Below, in pieces: positions 54,576-62,999 of a stretch of DNA of 64,000 nt. The position numbers and the translations under genes were made by a program. The notes beneath the pieces were generated by a model. That model saw nothing but the letters and a program-made list of their open reading frames with translations. It made no database searches and was not told the origin of the DNA. The stretch is from the sequence record PV357171.2. One strand, 5' to 3'. Position 1 is the stretch's first letter; each line of letters opens with the position of its first letter. The stretch is from a phage.

Positions 54576-55277
54576 ATGAAAGTAAAACCATTTGGTATGC
54601 TAGATATTGAATCTCTAGGAACTCCAGGAGATTGTGGTACTACTCATATCGTAATGCCTTCTTTCGCTTTTGTGGCTATGCATGGGGTTGATAAAGACCC
54701 TGATCTAGTATTTGTTACTTTGGATGTGCAGGATCAGCTTAATTCTGGTGCCAAAGTTACAGCATCTACTCTAGCATTCTGGATGGATCAAGCTAAAAAT
54801 AGCCCGTCTGCTATCCACATTATGGAAGCTATGAAGGAACGTAATCCAAAACTGATTGCCTTCCAAAATGGTAAACATCATTGCACTAATAAATTAGGCT
54901 CAAACTATGCTGCCTTCTCTATGGCTCAAAATATTATGGAGTTGGCTCTAGGCGAAAATGCTTTGTATTATGGCAATGGCCCAGAGTTTGATATGACTAT
55001 CTACTCTGCAAATACGTTCCATGCTGGAACCAATGAAGAGGTAGTTCCGTGGAAATTCTGGAATTTGGGCAATGTTCGATCTCTTCGTAATCTCTGGATG
55101 CAAGCTGGATACAGTTATAAGGCTCTAGAGACCGAAGGTATTAGCTGGGCAATAGCTAAAATGGAGAAGATGGACACTATTCGTTATGGGATATATCCGG
55201 TTAAGCACGACCCAGCATTCGATGCCTTAGTTGAGAGCTATTGTGTTGCGGCTATGATCGAAAAAATGAAAATTTGA
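54576..55277 (+). CDS. putative DEDDh-type 3'-5' exonuclease
   Basis: Exo I-like MLDIESLG near N-terminus and H-x4-D (HDPAFDA) near C-terminus. Confidence 0.4.
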   Translation: MKVKPFGMLDIESLGTPGDCGTTHIVMPSFAFVAMHGVDKDPDLVFVTLDVQDQLNSGAKVTASTLAFWMDQAKNSPSAIHIMEAMKERNPKLIAFQNGKHHCTNKLGSNYAAFSMAQNIMELALGENALYYGNGPEFDMTIYSANTFHAGTNEEVVPWKFWNLGNVRSLRNLWMQAGYSYKALETEGISWAIAKMEKMDTIRYGIYPVKHDPAFDALVESYCVAAMIEKMKI

Positions 55278-55278
55278 T

Positions 55279-55307
55279 TTGCTTCCGGCTCCAAAATTCT
55301 GTATAAT
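55279..55307 (+). promoter_or_regulatory. early promoter
   Basis: TTGCTT, 17 bp, TATAATATATTCATAAATTTGAGA. Confidence 0.65.
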
Positions 55308-55347
55308 ATATTCATAAATTTGAGAAAACAATAAAAGGAAAACAAAT

Positions 55348-55530
55348 ATGCCAGTATCTAAAAATGTTCGTAAAAATGGTAAGAAAGCTACTCGTAATCT
55401 GGGTATCCGTCGTATGGCTGAACGTCAATCAGGTATCCAGAAAATCTTTGATCTGTTAAATCGTGCTAATCCTAAAATTGATAACAGTAAAGATACTGTT
55501 CTGCGTACCTTACTGGCAATGGGTCTGTAA
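55348..55530 (+). CDS. hypothetical protein
   Basis: 60-aa basic ORF 20 nt after AAAGGAAAAC. Confidence 0.35.
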   Translation: MPVSKNVRKNGKKATRNLGIRRMAERQSGIQKIFDLLNRANPKIDNSKDTVLRTLLAMGL

Positions 55531-55582
55531 TAGACCAACTTTAAACAAATTCAAATCTTAAACTTCATATAAGGAAGAAACA

Positions 55583-56221
55583 ATGACTACTCGTATTTCT
55601 AAAACTCGCGATCTGGCAACTATCAAATCTCTGGAAGCTAAAATCCGTAAAGCTACTGAACAACAGCTTCTGATCGCTGTTGGTGAAGGTAAGGATAAAA
55701 ATAAGGTTGTAGTTGGCGCTGCAATCGAAGTAGACGATCTGTCTGCTCGTATTAAGGCAGATTTCCAATCTCTCCTAGATATGATGTCCCAGCGTGATCG
55801 TATCAAAGCTGCTCTGATTAAGAGCAATGCGGAAACAGTAGTTGAGATTGGTTCTCGTAAAATGACTGTTGCAGAAGCAATTGAAGCTAAGCGTTCTATG
55901 GAGCTTAAAGCTCAGTTGCTGGCTAATATGCGTAAGCAGTTCCATGCCGCTACGGTTAAGTTTAATACGCAGAAAGCACAGTTTGATGCTAAATATGAGC
56001 GTTTGCAGGATAGCATGGCTACCCGCGATAAGAAAACTTCCGAAGATGAAGTTAAAATGCAGCTCAACCTGCTGGAACTCAAGAATACTCCATTCTTGAT
56101 TGATCCGCTGGAGCTGGAGAAGCTGATCAAGCAGCACGACGAAGAATATCAGGACTTTGCAACTAATGTTGACTTTGTTCTGTCTGAGTCTAATGCCTCT
56201 ACTTTCATTGAAGTAGAGTAA
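55583..56221 (+). CDS. hypothetical protein
   Basis: 212-aa ORF. Confidence 0.4.
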   Translation: MTTRISKTRDLATIKSLEAKIRKATEQQLLIAVGEGKDKNKVVVGAAIEVDDLSARIKADFQSLLDMMSQRDRIKAALIKSNAETVVEIGSRKMTVAEAIEAKRSMELKAQLLANMRKQFHAATVKFNTQKAQFDAKYERLQDSMATRDKKTSEDEVKMQLNLLELKNTPFLIDPLELEKLIKQHDEEYQDFATNVDFVLSESNASTFIEVE

Positions 56222-56604
56222 TAATTTAAAAGCTAGTAAATCGGTAGACGAAAGCCCAAGCATCTTACCTCGCAGCAGCGGTTGAAATACGAGGTTAAAT
56301 AAGACCGCTGACCATACTATAAAGTATAATCTATTGGAGATTATGTTTATTACATCAGACATTTAATCTGACACGTAAAAACAAAGAGTCGTTGATATTA
56401 CCGACACAACTTCAAAGATCAACATTTAAGTATGAAAGCTGAAAAGTTTAAAGAACTCAAACTTCTAAACTTCTAAAGCTAAAAGATGCAAAGTATTCGT
56501 TGATGATTCAAACCCTAGATCAAAGGTACATGGCTCATAAGATATGGCCTGTGGCGCCTCTAGGCTGTTTATCGGTTTACTAGTTTCACAATTTAAAAAT
56601 GTAT

Positions 56605-56633
56605 TTGCTAATCTACTAAATTATATGTATAAT
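56605..56633 (+). promoter_or_regulatory. early promoter
   Basis: TTGCTA, 17 bp, TATAATATATTT. Confidence 0.65.
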
Positions 56634-56663
56634 ATATTTTTAAATTGATGAAACGAGGCTATT

Positions 56664-57485
56664 ATGGGTAAATTACAAAAACAAATACTACCACATATAG
56701 ATTATATTCGAGAAATTATAGAGTATAATCCTTATACTGGTAAATTATTTTATAAGCCTAATAAATACAAGAATAAAACTTGGCACACCCTATATGCTGG
56801 GAGAGAAATATGTAGTAAGAACTCTGATGGGTATATCAGAGTTAGTTTGCTCTTAGATAATAAACCCACAATTATTTATGGACACCGAATAGCGTGGTTG
56901 CTCCATTATGGTGAAGAGCCTCCTTATATGATCGACCATATAAATACCATACCGTGGGATAACAGAATTGTTAATCTAAGAGAGACAAATTTTAAGTTAA
57001 ATAGGATTAATACTAATAAAACCGTAGGTGTAGAACTCCTCCCCGAGGGTTTTGTGTATAGCATTACATTAGGTGGAAAGTTTTTCGTATCTCCTGGCTT
57101 CACCACTTTCGAACAAGCTAAAGGGGAAAGAGAAAAACTAGTAAATGGTTTATGTAATGCAGAAATTGGGAAGCAGACCAATATTCTAATAGACGATGTT
57201 AGAGATCTACCTGAAATGTCCATTATTTGTCGTACAGTTATAGGTGCGCTGGAACTATCAGATATGTTTAGTTTTACTGGTTCCTACCTATTTATGGACT
57301 CAGATCTAGGAGACCCAGAAGTACAAGGAAAAGACTTATTAGATTATATACTCTTTTTAGGTCAAAGACCTTTGAAAGTAGTTCTAGTAACATCCAACCC
57401 TGTTGACGCAGAGTACATGAGAGGTACTCTTACGTCTTATGGTTATCGAGAAAATCCCAATAGGTTAGAATATGACCTATTTTAA
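56664..57485 (+). CDS. HNH homing endonuclease with C-terminal extension
   Basis: GYIRVSLLLDNKPTIIYGHRIAWLLHYGEEPPYMIDHINTIPWDNRIVNLRE. Confidence 0.65.
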   Translation: MGKLQKQILPHIDYIREIIEYNPYTGKLFYKPNKYKNKTWHTLYAGREICSKNSDGYIRVSLLLDNKPTIIYGHRIAWLLHYGEEPPYMIDHINTIPWDNRIVNLRETNFKLNRINTNKTVGVELLPEGFVYSITLGGKFFVSPGFTTFEQAKGEREKLVNGLCNAEIGKQTNILIDDVRDLPEMSIICRTVIGALELSDMFSFTGSYLFMDSDLGDPEVQGKDLLDYILFLGQRPLKVVLVTSNPVDAEYMRGTLTSYGYRENPNRLEYDLF

Positions 57486-57497
57486 GGAGTAAAAAGA

Positions 57498-57947
57498 ATG
57501 AAGGCAGCTTTGCTTTTAGTAGCTGCCCTTACCTTCAGCTTTAGTAGTCAGGCATCGCACGATGCAAAAGAAATAGATTGCATTGCTAAAAATATCTATT
57601 TTGAAAGTCGTGGTGAGGGCATAAATGGAATGATGGCGATTGCACATGTTACTAAAAACCGTGTAAACTCCGGTAAATTCCCAGATTCCTACTGTAAAGT
57701 AGTATATCAGTCTACCCAGTTCTCTTGGGTATCTAAGAGACCAAAAGTTGATAAAACGGATGAGGCTTGGCAAACCGCTAAGAATTTAGCTAGAGTGATA
57801 TACTACGTTGATTTACCACAAGATCCAACACATGGAGCACTATACTTCCATAGTGGTAAAGATAAACCTTACTGGACAAAGAAGTTTAAGAAAACAACGA
57901 AGATTCAAGGCCATACGTTCTACAAGCCTGCGGTCACTAAAACTTAA
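57498..57947 (+). CDS. secreted SleB/CwlJ-like cell wall hydrolase
   Basis: Signal peptide MKAALLLVAALTFSFSSQA, then NIYFESRGEG...MMAIAHVTKNR block typical of the SleB/CwlJ (Hydrolase_2) family. Confidence 0.5.
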   Translation: MKAALLLVAALTFSFSSQASHDAKEIDCIAKNIYFESRGEGINGMMAIAHVTKNRVNSGKFPDSYCKVVYQSTQFSWVSKRPKVDKTDEAWQTAKNLARVIYYVDLPQDPTHGALYFHSGKDKPYWTKKFKKTTKIQGHTFYKPAVTKT

Positions 57948-57955
57948 AAATTTAT

Positions 57956-57984
57956 TTGCTTAAATACTTAAACTTCTGTATAAT
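57956..57984 (+). promoter_or_regulatory. early promoter
   Basis: TTGCTT, 17 bp, TATAATACTTTCATAAATTAATGAGAGGAAG. Confidence 0.65.
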
Positions 57985-58015
57985 ACTTTCATAAATTAAT
58001 GAGAGGAAGCGAAAT

Positions 58016-58186
58016 ATGAAGAACTTGATCGTCATTGGTGTTAACACTCGCGGTATTCGTACTACGAAAACTATTAAAACTTCTAACGTTGCTGAAATCA
58101 CTACGAACCCTAAAAAGTTTGATTTCGCCAAAGTCTCAGCAGTTATGACGGAGCAATCTTTTAACCAAGCGTTAGGACTGAAATAA
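58016..58186 (+). CDS. small hypothetical protein (56 aa), below ORF-track threshold
   Basis: ATG 7 nt after GAGAGGAAG and directly behind a family promoter; stop overlaps next ATG (TAATG). Confidence 0.45.
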   Translation: MKNLIVIGVNTRGIRTTKTIKTSNVAEITTNPKKFDFAKVSAVMTEQSFNQALGLK

Positions 58187-58629
58187 TGGAAGAGAATATT
58201 TTAGATGTTTTGCGTAGAGCTTTGCAGGATTCTAAGTTTAATGGTTCTGATAAAGAAGTCGCTAAAAGCTATCAGACCATAATCGGGGATCTTCAGCGTA
58301 TTGATAAAGATTTCATCACTTCTGAACAATTTGTGTCTTATCTCAAAGCTCAACTAAAAAGCATTAACCAGATGAAAGCTAAACTTCATGGTCAAGATCT
58401 TGATAGTTATAGCTTGCAGTCCGCTCAGTATGAATACATTCTAAATAAGTGGTTGCAGGAGTATCTGCCTCCTCAGTTATCTGATACTGAGATTCGTAAA
58501 TACTTTGCAGAATTAGTTAAGCTAAACCCTGGAATTACAAAAGGTATGCTGATGAAAGCGATTAAGGAAGAATTTCCTGGGCGTTATGATGGTGGTACTG
58601 CTGCTCAGATTGCTGGCGAATTTAATTAA
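58186..58629 (+). CDS. hypothetical protein
   Basis: 147-aa ORF. Confidence 0.45.
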   Translation: MEENILDVLRRALQDSKFNGSDKEVAKSYQTIIGDLQRIDKDFITSEQFVSYLKAQLKSINQMKAKLHGQDLDSYSLQSAQYEYILNKWLQEYLPPQLSDTEIRKYFAELVKLNPGITKGMLMKAIKEEFPGRYDGGTAAQIAGEFN

Positions 58630-58637
58630 AAATTTAC

Positions 58638-58666
58638 TTGCTAAATGCTTATAAATTCTGTATAAT
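58638..58666 (+). promoter_or_regulatory. early promoter driving ORF-free RNA region
   Basis: TTGCTA, 17 bp, TATAATATATTCATAAATT. Confidence 0.65.
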
Positions 58667-59463
58667 ATATTCATAAATTAGGGAACAGCGAGCCGATTAC
58701 GCTGAGTGCAGAATCCCAACCGGAGCGCATTGAATAGAGTCGGTGGGTTAGTTGTAAAACTAGTACACAGGGGGCGGCAATCCCGGTTAGTGGCTAGAAC
58801 GTGTAAAATGAGGCGTCTGAAACCTCTCCCCTAAACTCTTCTCTAATTTATAAATAGTGGGGTGTGGAAATCACTTATGTAGTAACACTGCCGTCCTAGT
58901 ATAATTGGTATTATCAAGCCGTAACTGGTGGAAGATGTAGGTTCGAATCCTACGGTCGGTAAGAACTGGATAACTGATGCTTTTAACGTAAAAGCTTCCG
59001 AGGTTAGTTGCGCACTGCCTAAACCACGCGGTAGTTGGTTCCAGACTAACCAACCAGTCTGCTGAATAGTTTTATTACGATTTAACTATGCCCAGGCTAA
59101 AGAAGAACTTTAGAAGGTATTCTAGGATAGTGAAGTTCTTTCTCCATATCGGAGTAGTTTTTCAAGCTATCCACAAAGTGGGAAATGCTGACATGAGAGA
59201 TGTCACTAATGGTGCACAATAGCACAGGTAATTCGCGATAACCCCTGTTGAGTAGCAGCAAAAGGCGGGAAGTCATGACCCCAAGCCTAACCGAGTCCTC
59301 AATATACCGCAGGACATAACCACTAAGTCCCCCTGACTTAAACTGGAAAATAATAGACGTTACTGTATTTTGTCTTGAAATACTTAATGAGTGAGACTTA
59401 TGACTCTCCCGGTATCGTCTGTATTTTTAAGAGTTTTTACGAGAGTTCTTAAAAATACTTAAA

Positions 59464-59535
59464 CGGGGTGTAGTCTAAGGGAGAGGCAGGAGTCTTCTAA
59501 ATTCCTTTATGCAGGTTCGAATCCTGTCACCTCGG
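59464..59535 (+). tRNA. tRNA-Arg (anticodon UCU)
   Basis: Hand-folded cloverleaf: acceptor CGGGGTG / CACCTCG, D-stem GTCT / AGGC, anticodon stem GGAGT / ATTCC with loop CTTCTAA, T-arm GCAGG-TTCGAAT-CCTGT, CCA encoded. Confidence 0.75.
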
Positions 59536-59572
59536 CCAATTTTATTAACTGTAGCTAAAACAAAGGAAATAT

Positions 59573-60520
59573 ATGTTTAATACTAAAAATATGAAAGAAC
59601 TGACTTCTGAGCAGAAAGTAATTCGTACTATTAAACGTTGGGGTATTGGTGCTGTAGTTGGTTTAGCAGGTTTAATCCTAGCTTTTAATTCATATACTGT
59701 TGTTCAAGACGGTACTGTTAAAACCCAGACTTTCCTGGGTAAAGTTGACCCTAGCCCAGTATTACCCGGCTTTCATATTGTAAATCCTTTTGCTTCTTTC
59801 GATACTTTTAGTACTAAAGATATTGCCCTAAAATTAGATAAACTTCAGGTTCCTAGCCAGGATAAGTTTAAATCCACTGTTGACCTGACTGTTATGTTGC
59901 AGTTTGATGGTTCTAAGGCACCAATTAACCGTATTAACGCAGGTACTCAGGATCAGGCGTTAGACAAGTATGTAACTGAAAAATTACTGTCTACTATTCG
60001 TGAGTTTGGTAAGTCTGTACCTAAAGCACAAGATTTGTTTGATGCTAAAATTCAGGCTCAATTGCAAACTGCAATTCAACAGGAAGTTGAAGAGTATGCA
60101 CGCCCATATGGTTACACAGTTAAGCAGGTATTCCTTCAGGATATTACTTTGCCACCGGTAATCATGGAACAGGTACAGAATACCAAAGTTCGTGAAGAGC
60201 AAGTTAATGCTGCGAAAGCTGAACTGGCCCGCGTTGAACAAGAAGCGCAGCAAAAGGTTAAACAAGCAGAAGCAGACCGTGAAGCTCGCAACAACCAAGC
60301 TATTGCTAATGAACGTGACGCAGATGCTAAACTGTACGCAGCTAAGAAAGAAGCTGAAGCTAACGCCGCATTGCAACGTACCATTACTCCTGAGATGATT
60401 CGCTGGAAGCAACTGGAAGTTGAAATGCTTCGTGCTGAAAAATACCAAGGTGGTGTACCGCAAACAGTAGTGGGAACTGGTTACGATGGCCAGATGATCA
60501 TGGATATGCGTAATAAGTAA
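59573..60520 (+). CDS. SPFH/band-7 (HflK/C-like) domain membrane protein
   Basis: N-terminal TM helix, then SPFH-type core and Ala/Glu/Gln-rich coiled coil; 315 aa. Confidence 0.5.
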   Translation: MFNTKNMKELTSEQKVIRTIKRWGIGAVVGLAGLILAFNSYTVVQDGTVKTQTFLGKVDPSPVLPGFHIVNPFASFDTFSTKDIALKLDKLQVPSQDKFKSTVDLTVMLQFDGSKAPINRINAGTQDQALDKYVTEKLLSTIREFGKSVPKAQDLFDAKIQAQLQTAIQQEVEEYARPYGYTVKQVFLQDITLPPVIMEQVQNTKVREEQVNAAKAELARVEQEAQQKVKQAEADREARNNQAIANERDADAKLYAAKKEAEANAALQRTITPEMIRWKQLEVEMLRAEKYQGGVPQTVVGTGYDGQMIMDMRNK

Positions 60521-60544
60521 TATCCGCATGTAATCTCTGAAGTA

Positions 60545-60582
60545 AGCCCTGTGTTCCCTGGAGAGCGCAGGGCTTTTCTGTA
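60545..60582 (+). terminator. rho-independent terminator
   Basis: Stem AGCCCTG / CAGGGCT with structured loop, then TTTTCTGTATTT. Confidence 0.55.
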
Positions 60583-60725
60583 TTTAAGGCAAAAGAAAAA
60601 GCCCATAAGTTATTCAACTAAGGTCTTTAGTATTTAATTCTTTAGAATCATATAATATTATTGCAGCAACAACGTGCTAACCTTAAGTGCCCTGCAATTT
60701 TCCTCTAAAAAGTTAAAAAATTCGA

Positions 60726-60754
60726 TTGCTTGAATGCTAAATTCTCTGTATAAT
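60726..60754 (+). promoter_or_regulatory. early promoter
   Basis: TTGCTT, 17 bp, TATAATATATTTATAAATTTGAGAGAGG. Confidence 0.65.
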
Positions 60755-60784
60755 ATATTTATAAATTTGAGAGAGGAATCAAAT

Positions 60785-61840
60785 ATGATTAAGACTGGTC
60801 TAGTAATTGGTAAGTTCGCACCATTAACGCGTGGTCATATTAACCTAATAAACACAGCAGCAACTATGTGTGAACGAGTTATTGTTGTAGTTAGTCATGA
60901 TAATCGTTGGCTGGATAAGCAGAACACACGTGATCAGGAAGTATTACAGTTAAAGAATCGACTTCGTTGGTTAGAACAAACTTACGCGGATATTGAGCAC
61001 ATTTCGGTAGAGTACATTATTGAAGATGATATTCCTGAATATCCGAATGGTTGGCCGGAATATGCTAGAATCCTTAATGAAAATTACGGACATTTGCCTG
61101 AGATCACCGTTTTCTCTAGCGAACTAGACTATGATGCAGAATATAAGAAATATCTGCCGAAGTTTGGTCATTATATTGTAGATTCTGATCGGACTCGTGT
61201 TCCAATCTCAGCTACAATGATTCGTAATGATCTTATGAAGTATTGGGAGTTTCTTCCTAGCTTAGTTCGTAAAGATTACGTGCGTAAGGTTGTAATCATT
61301 GGGACTGAAAGCTCGGGAAAGACTACTTTAACAAAATACCTTGCGAAGCTATACAACACTTCGTGGGTAGAAGAATATGGCCGAACGTATTGTGAAGTTG
61401 ATCTAGTTGGTAACGAAAATCTACTTACCAGTGAAGATTACAGTAAAATTGCGTTCAGACACAAAGAGCTAGAGTTTGAAGCAGAACGTACTGCAAATAA
61501 GATCATGTTTGTGGATACAAATGCTTTTATTACTGAGTTCTACCACAGACTTTATGAACATAGTAAGAACCCTGTGGTTACAGCAATTGCAAAAGTAGAA
61601 CATTACGATTTAGTAATTGTTCTAGCGCCTACTGTCAAGTGGGTAGATGATGATTTACGTATTAACTCCGATCGTTCAATTACTTCTGAACTGTTCGAGC
61701 AGATGAAGAAAGAATTTCCAAATCAGTTCCCTGAAGGGCGTACTGTTTACATCGACTCTCCGGACTACAAAGTTCGTATGGACGAAGCAGTAAACGCAGT
61801 AGACTGGCTGATTCATCACTTTAACGTTGGAGAGTTTTAA
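60785..61840 (+). CDS. nadR: NadR-like bifunctional NMN adenylyltransferase / ribosylnicotinamide kinase
   Basis: N-terminal GKFAPLTRGH (nucleotidyltransferase H/T-x-G-H) and C-terminal P-loop IGTESSGKTTL; ATG at 60785 after GAGAGG. Confidence 0.6.
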   Translation: MIKTGLVIGKFAPLTRGHINLINTAATMCERVIVVVSHDNRWLDKQNTRDQEVLQLKNRLRWLEQTYADIEHISVEYIIEDDIPEYPNGWPEYARILNENYGHLPEITVFSSELDYDAEYKKYLPKFGHYIVDSDRTRVPISATMIRNDLMKYWEFLPSLVRKDYVRKVVIIGTESSGKTTLTKYLAKLYNTSWVEEYGRTYCEVDLVGNENLLTSEDYSKIAFRHKELEFEAERTANKIMFVDTNAFITEFYHRLYEHSKNPVVTAIAKVEHYDLVIVLAPTVKWVDDDLRINSDRSITSELFEQMKKEFPNQFPEGRTVYIDSPDYKVRMDEAVNAVDWLIHHFNVGEF

Positions 61841-61841
61841 T

Positions 61842-62519
61842 ATGACTAACTATCTCGTAAATGACTTTAAAAACTGGAAACCTCTGGAATATCTGTGGCT
61901 GCTCATAGCGGTTGTCTTCATTAGTTTAGCAAACTATAATGGTACAGCTCTAGATTGGGCTACTGCAATAACCAATGTGGTTTGTGTTATTCTGGTTGCA
62001 AAAGGACGTGTTTCCAACTATATTTGGGGCTTAGTGGGTGTTCTTACATATGGTATTACAGCTTTAAACGCAGATCTTTATGGTAACGCTGCACTAAACC
62101 TGCTATACTACGTTCCTATGCAGTTTTATGGAATGTACTTATGGCATAAAAATAAACCAAGTAATCTGCCAGACGTTCCAACTAAGGTTCTGACTAAAGC
62201 TCAGGCTTTATTAACTCTTGGGATTCTAGCAGTAGCTACTCTAGGCTATGGCAGCTTCCTCGCTACCACAGCAGATCCGTTCCCAATGCTCGATGCATTT
62301 ACTGCGGTTGGTAGTGTAATTGCTATGTGGCTTATGGTCAAGCAGTATGCTGAACAATGGCTAATCTGGATTGCCATTAATATTGGTACTGTATACATTT
62401 GGTTTGTAACTGCTCAGTCTACAGGTGCTTCTTATGCAATCCTAGCAATGTGGCTGGTATTCTTTGGTAACTCTGTACTTGGAGCCTATAAAGGGTACTT
62501 TGTACGCGTTAACAAATAA
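61842..62519 (+). CDS. pnuC: PnuC-like nicotinamide riboside transporter
   Basis: About 226 aa, multiple predicted TM helices, Trp-rich motifs; immediately after NadR-like gene; ATG at 61842 after GGAGAG. Confidence 0.55.
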   Translation: MTNYLVNDFKNWKPLEYLWLLIAVVFISLANYNGTALDWATAITNVVCVILVAKGRVSNYIWGLVGVLTYGITALNADLYGNAALNLLYYVPMQFYGMYLWHKNKPSNLPDVPTKVLTKAQALLTLGILAVATLGYGSFLATTADPFPMLDAFTAVGSVIAMWLMVKQYAEQWLIWIAINIGTVYIWFVTAQSTGASYAILAMWLVFFGNSVLGAYKGYFVRVNK

Positions 62520-62526
62520 AATAGTT

Positions 62527-62552
62527 ATAGCCCTCAAAGCGAGGGCTATTAT
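62527..62552 (+). terminator. hairpin, terminator-like
   Basis: 9-bp stem ATAGCCCTC / GAGGGCTAT, loop AAAGC; weak U-run. Confidence 0.4.
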
Positions 62553-62566
62553 CCAGAAAATTTCAC

Positions 62567-62595
62567 TTGCTAAATGCCGAGATTTTCTGTATAAT
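62567..62595 (+). promoter_or_regulatory. early promoter driving tRNA pair
   Basis: TTGCTA, 17 bp, TATAATATATTTATAAATT. Confidence 0.65.
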
Positions 62596-62609
62596 ATATT
62601 TATAAATTC

Positions 62610-62701
62610 GGAAGATTAACCCTAATTGGTAAGGGAGCATCTTGCTAAGTTGCCAGTAGCTGTGGAAACACGGTGTATCGGTTCAAGTCCGATATCTTCC
62701 T
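62610..62701 (+). tRNA. type II tRNA, probably tRNA-Ser (anticodon GCU)
   Basis: Perfect 7-bp acceptor GGAAGAT / ATCTTCC, T-arm ATCGG-TTCAAGT-CCGAT, anticodon loop TTGCTAA, long variable arm with GAAA-capped stem, CCA encoded. Confidence 0.55.
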
Positions 62702-62709
62702 CCAAATTT

Positions 62710-62784
62710 GGTTCTCAAGCTCATTTGGTATGAGCCGTCGCCTCATAAGCGAAAGGTAGGTAGGTTCGAATCCTCCGGGAGCCA
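62710..62784 (+). tRNA. tRNA with CAU anticodon (Met, or Ile if lysidine-modified)
   Basis: Acceptor GGTTCTC / GGGAGCC (two G-U), D-stem GCTC / GAGC, anticodon loop CTCATAA, T-loop TTCGAAT, CCA encoded. Confidence 0.65.
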
Positions 62785-62804
62785 CCAGATAACTAGGAGA
62801 CTTT

Positions 62805-62993
62805 ATGTCACGCTTTCACGAAATTAAGCAAGAACTGGAAGAACTCGCCTGTCCTGAATGCTTTGGGACAGGTGAATGGAATGATGCTGAACCCGGGGAT
62901 ACGCGGTTTAACACTTACGTTTGCACTCACTGTGAAGGTACTGGTGTAAACCCTCTTTACACTATTTCTCTTTTTGTAGGGGTTGCTAAATAA
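62805..62993 (+). CDS. small zinc-ribbon protein
   Basis: 62 aa with CPEC...CTHC. Confidence 0.4.
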   Translation: MSRFHEIKQELEELACPECFGTGEWNDAEPGDTRFNTYVCTHCEGTGVNPLYTISLFVGVAK

Positions 62994-62999
62994 TGCACT

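Noticed and set aside
58889-58961. Possible tRNA ending at the perfect T-arm GTAGG-TTCGAAT-CCTAC
   Set aside because: No 5' strand complementary to the 3' acceptor GGTCGGT and no anticodon stem could be found in the preceding 100 nt; kept as a finding (tRNA-like fragment) rather than a tRNA feature.
58871-59053. 60-aa minus-strand ORF in the tRNA-like region
   Set aside because: Antisense to a promoter-driven plus-strand RNA region, no RBS, overlaps T-arm-like elements; likely chance ORF.
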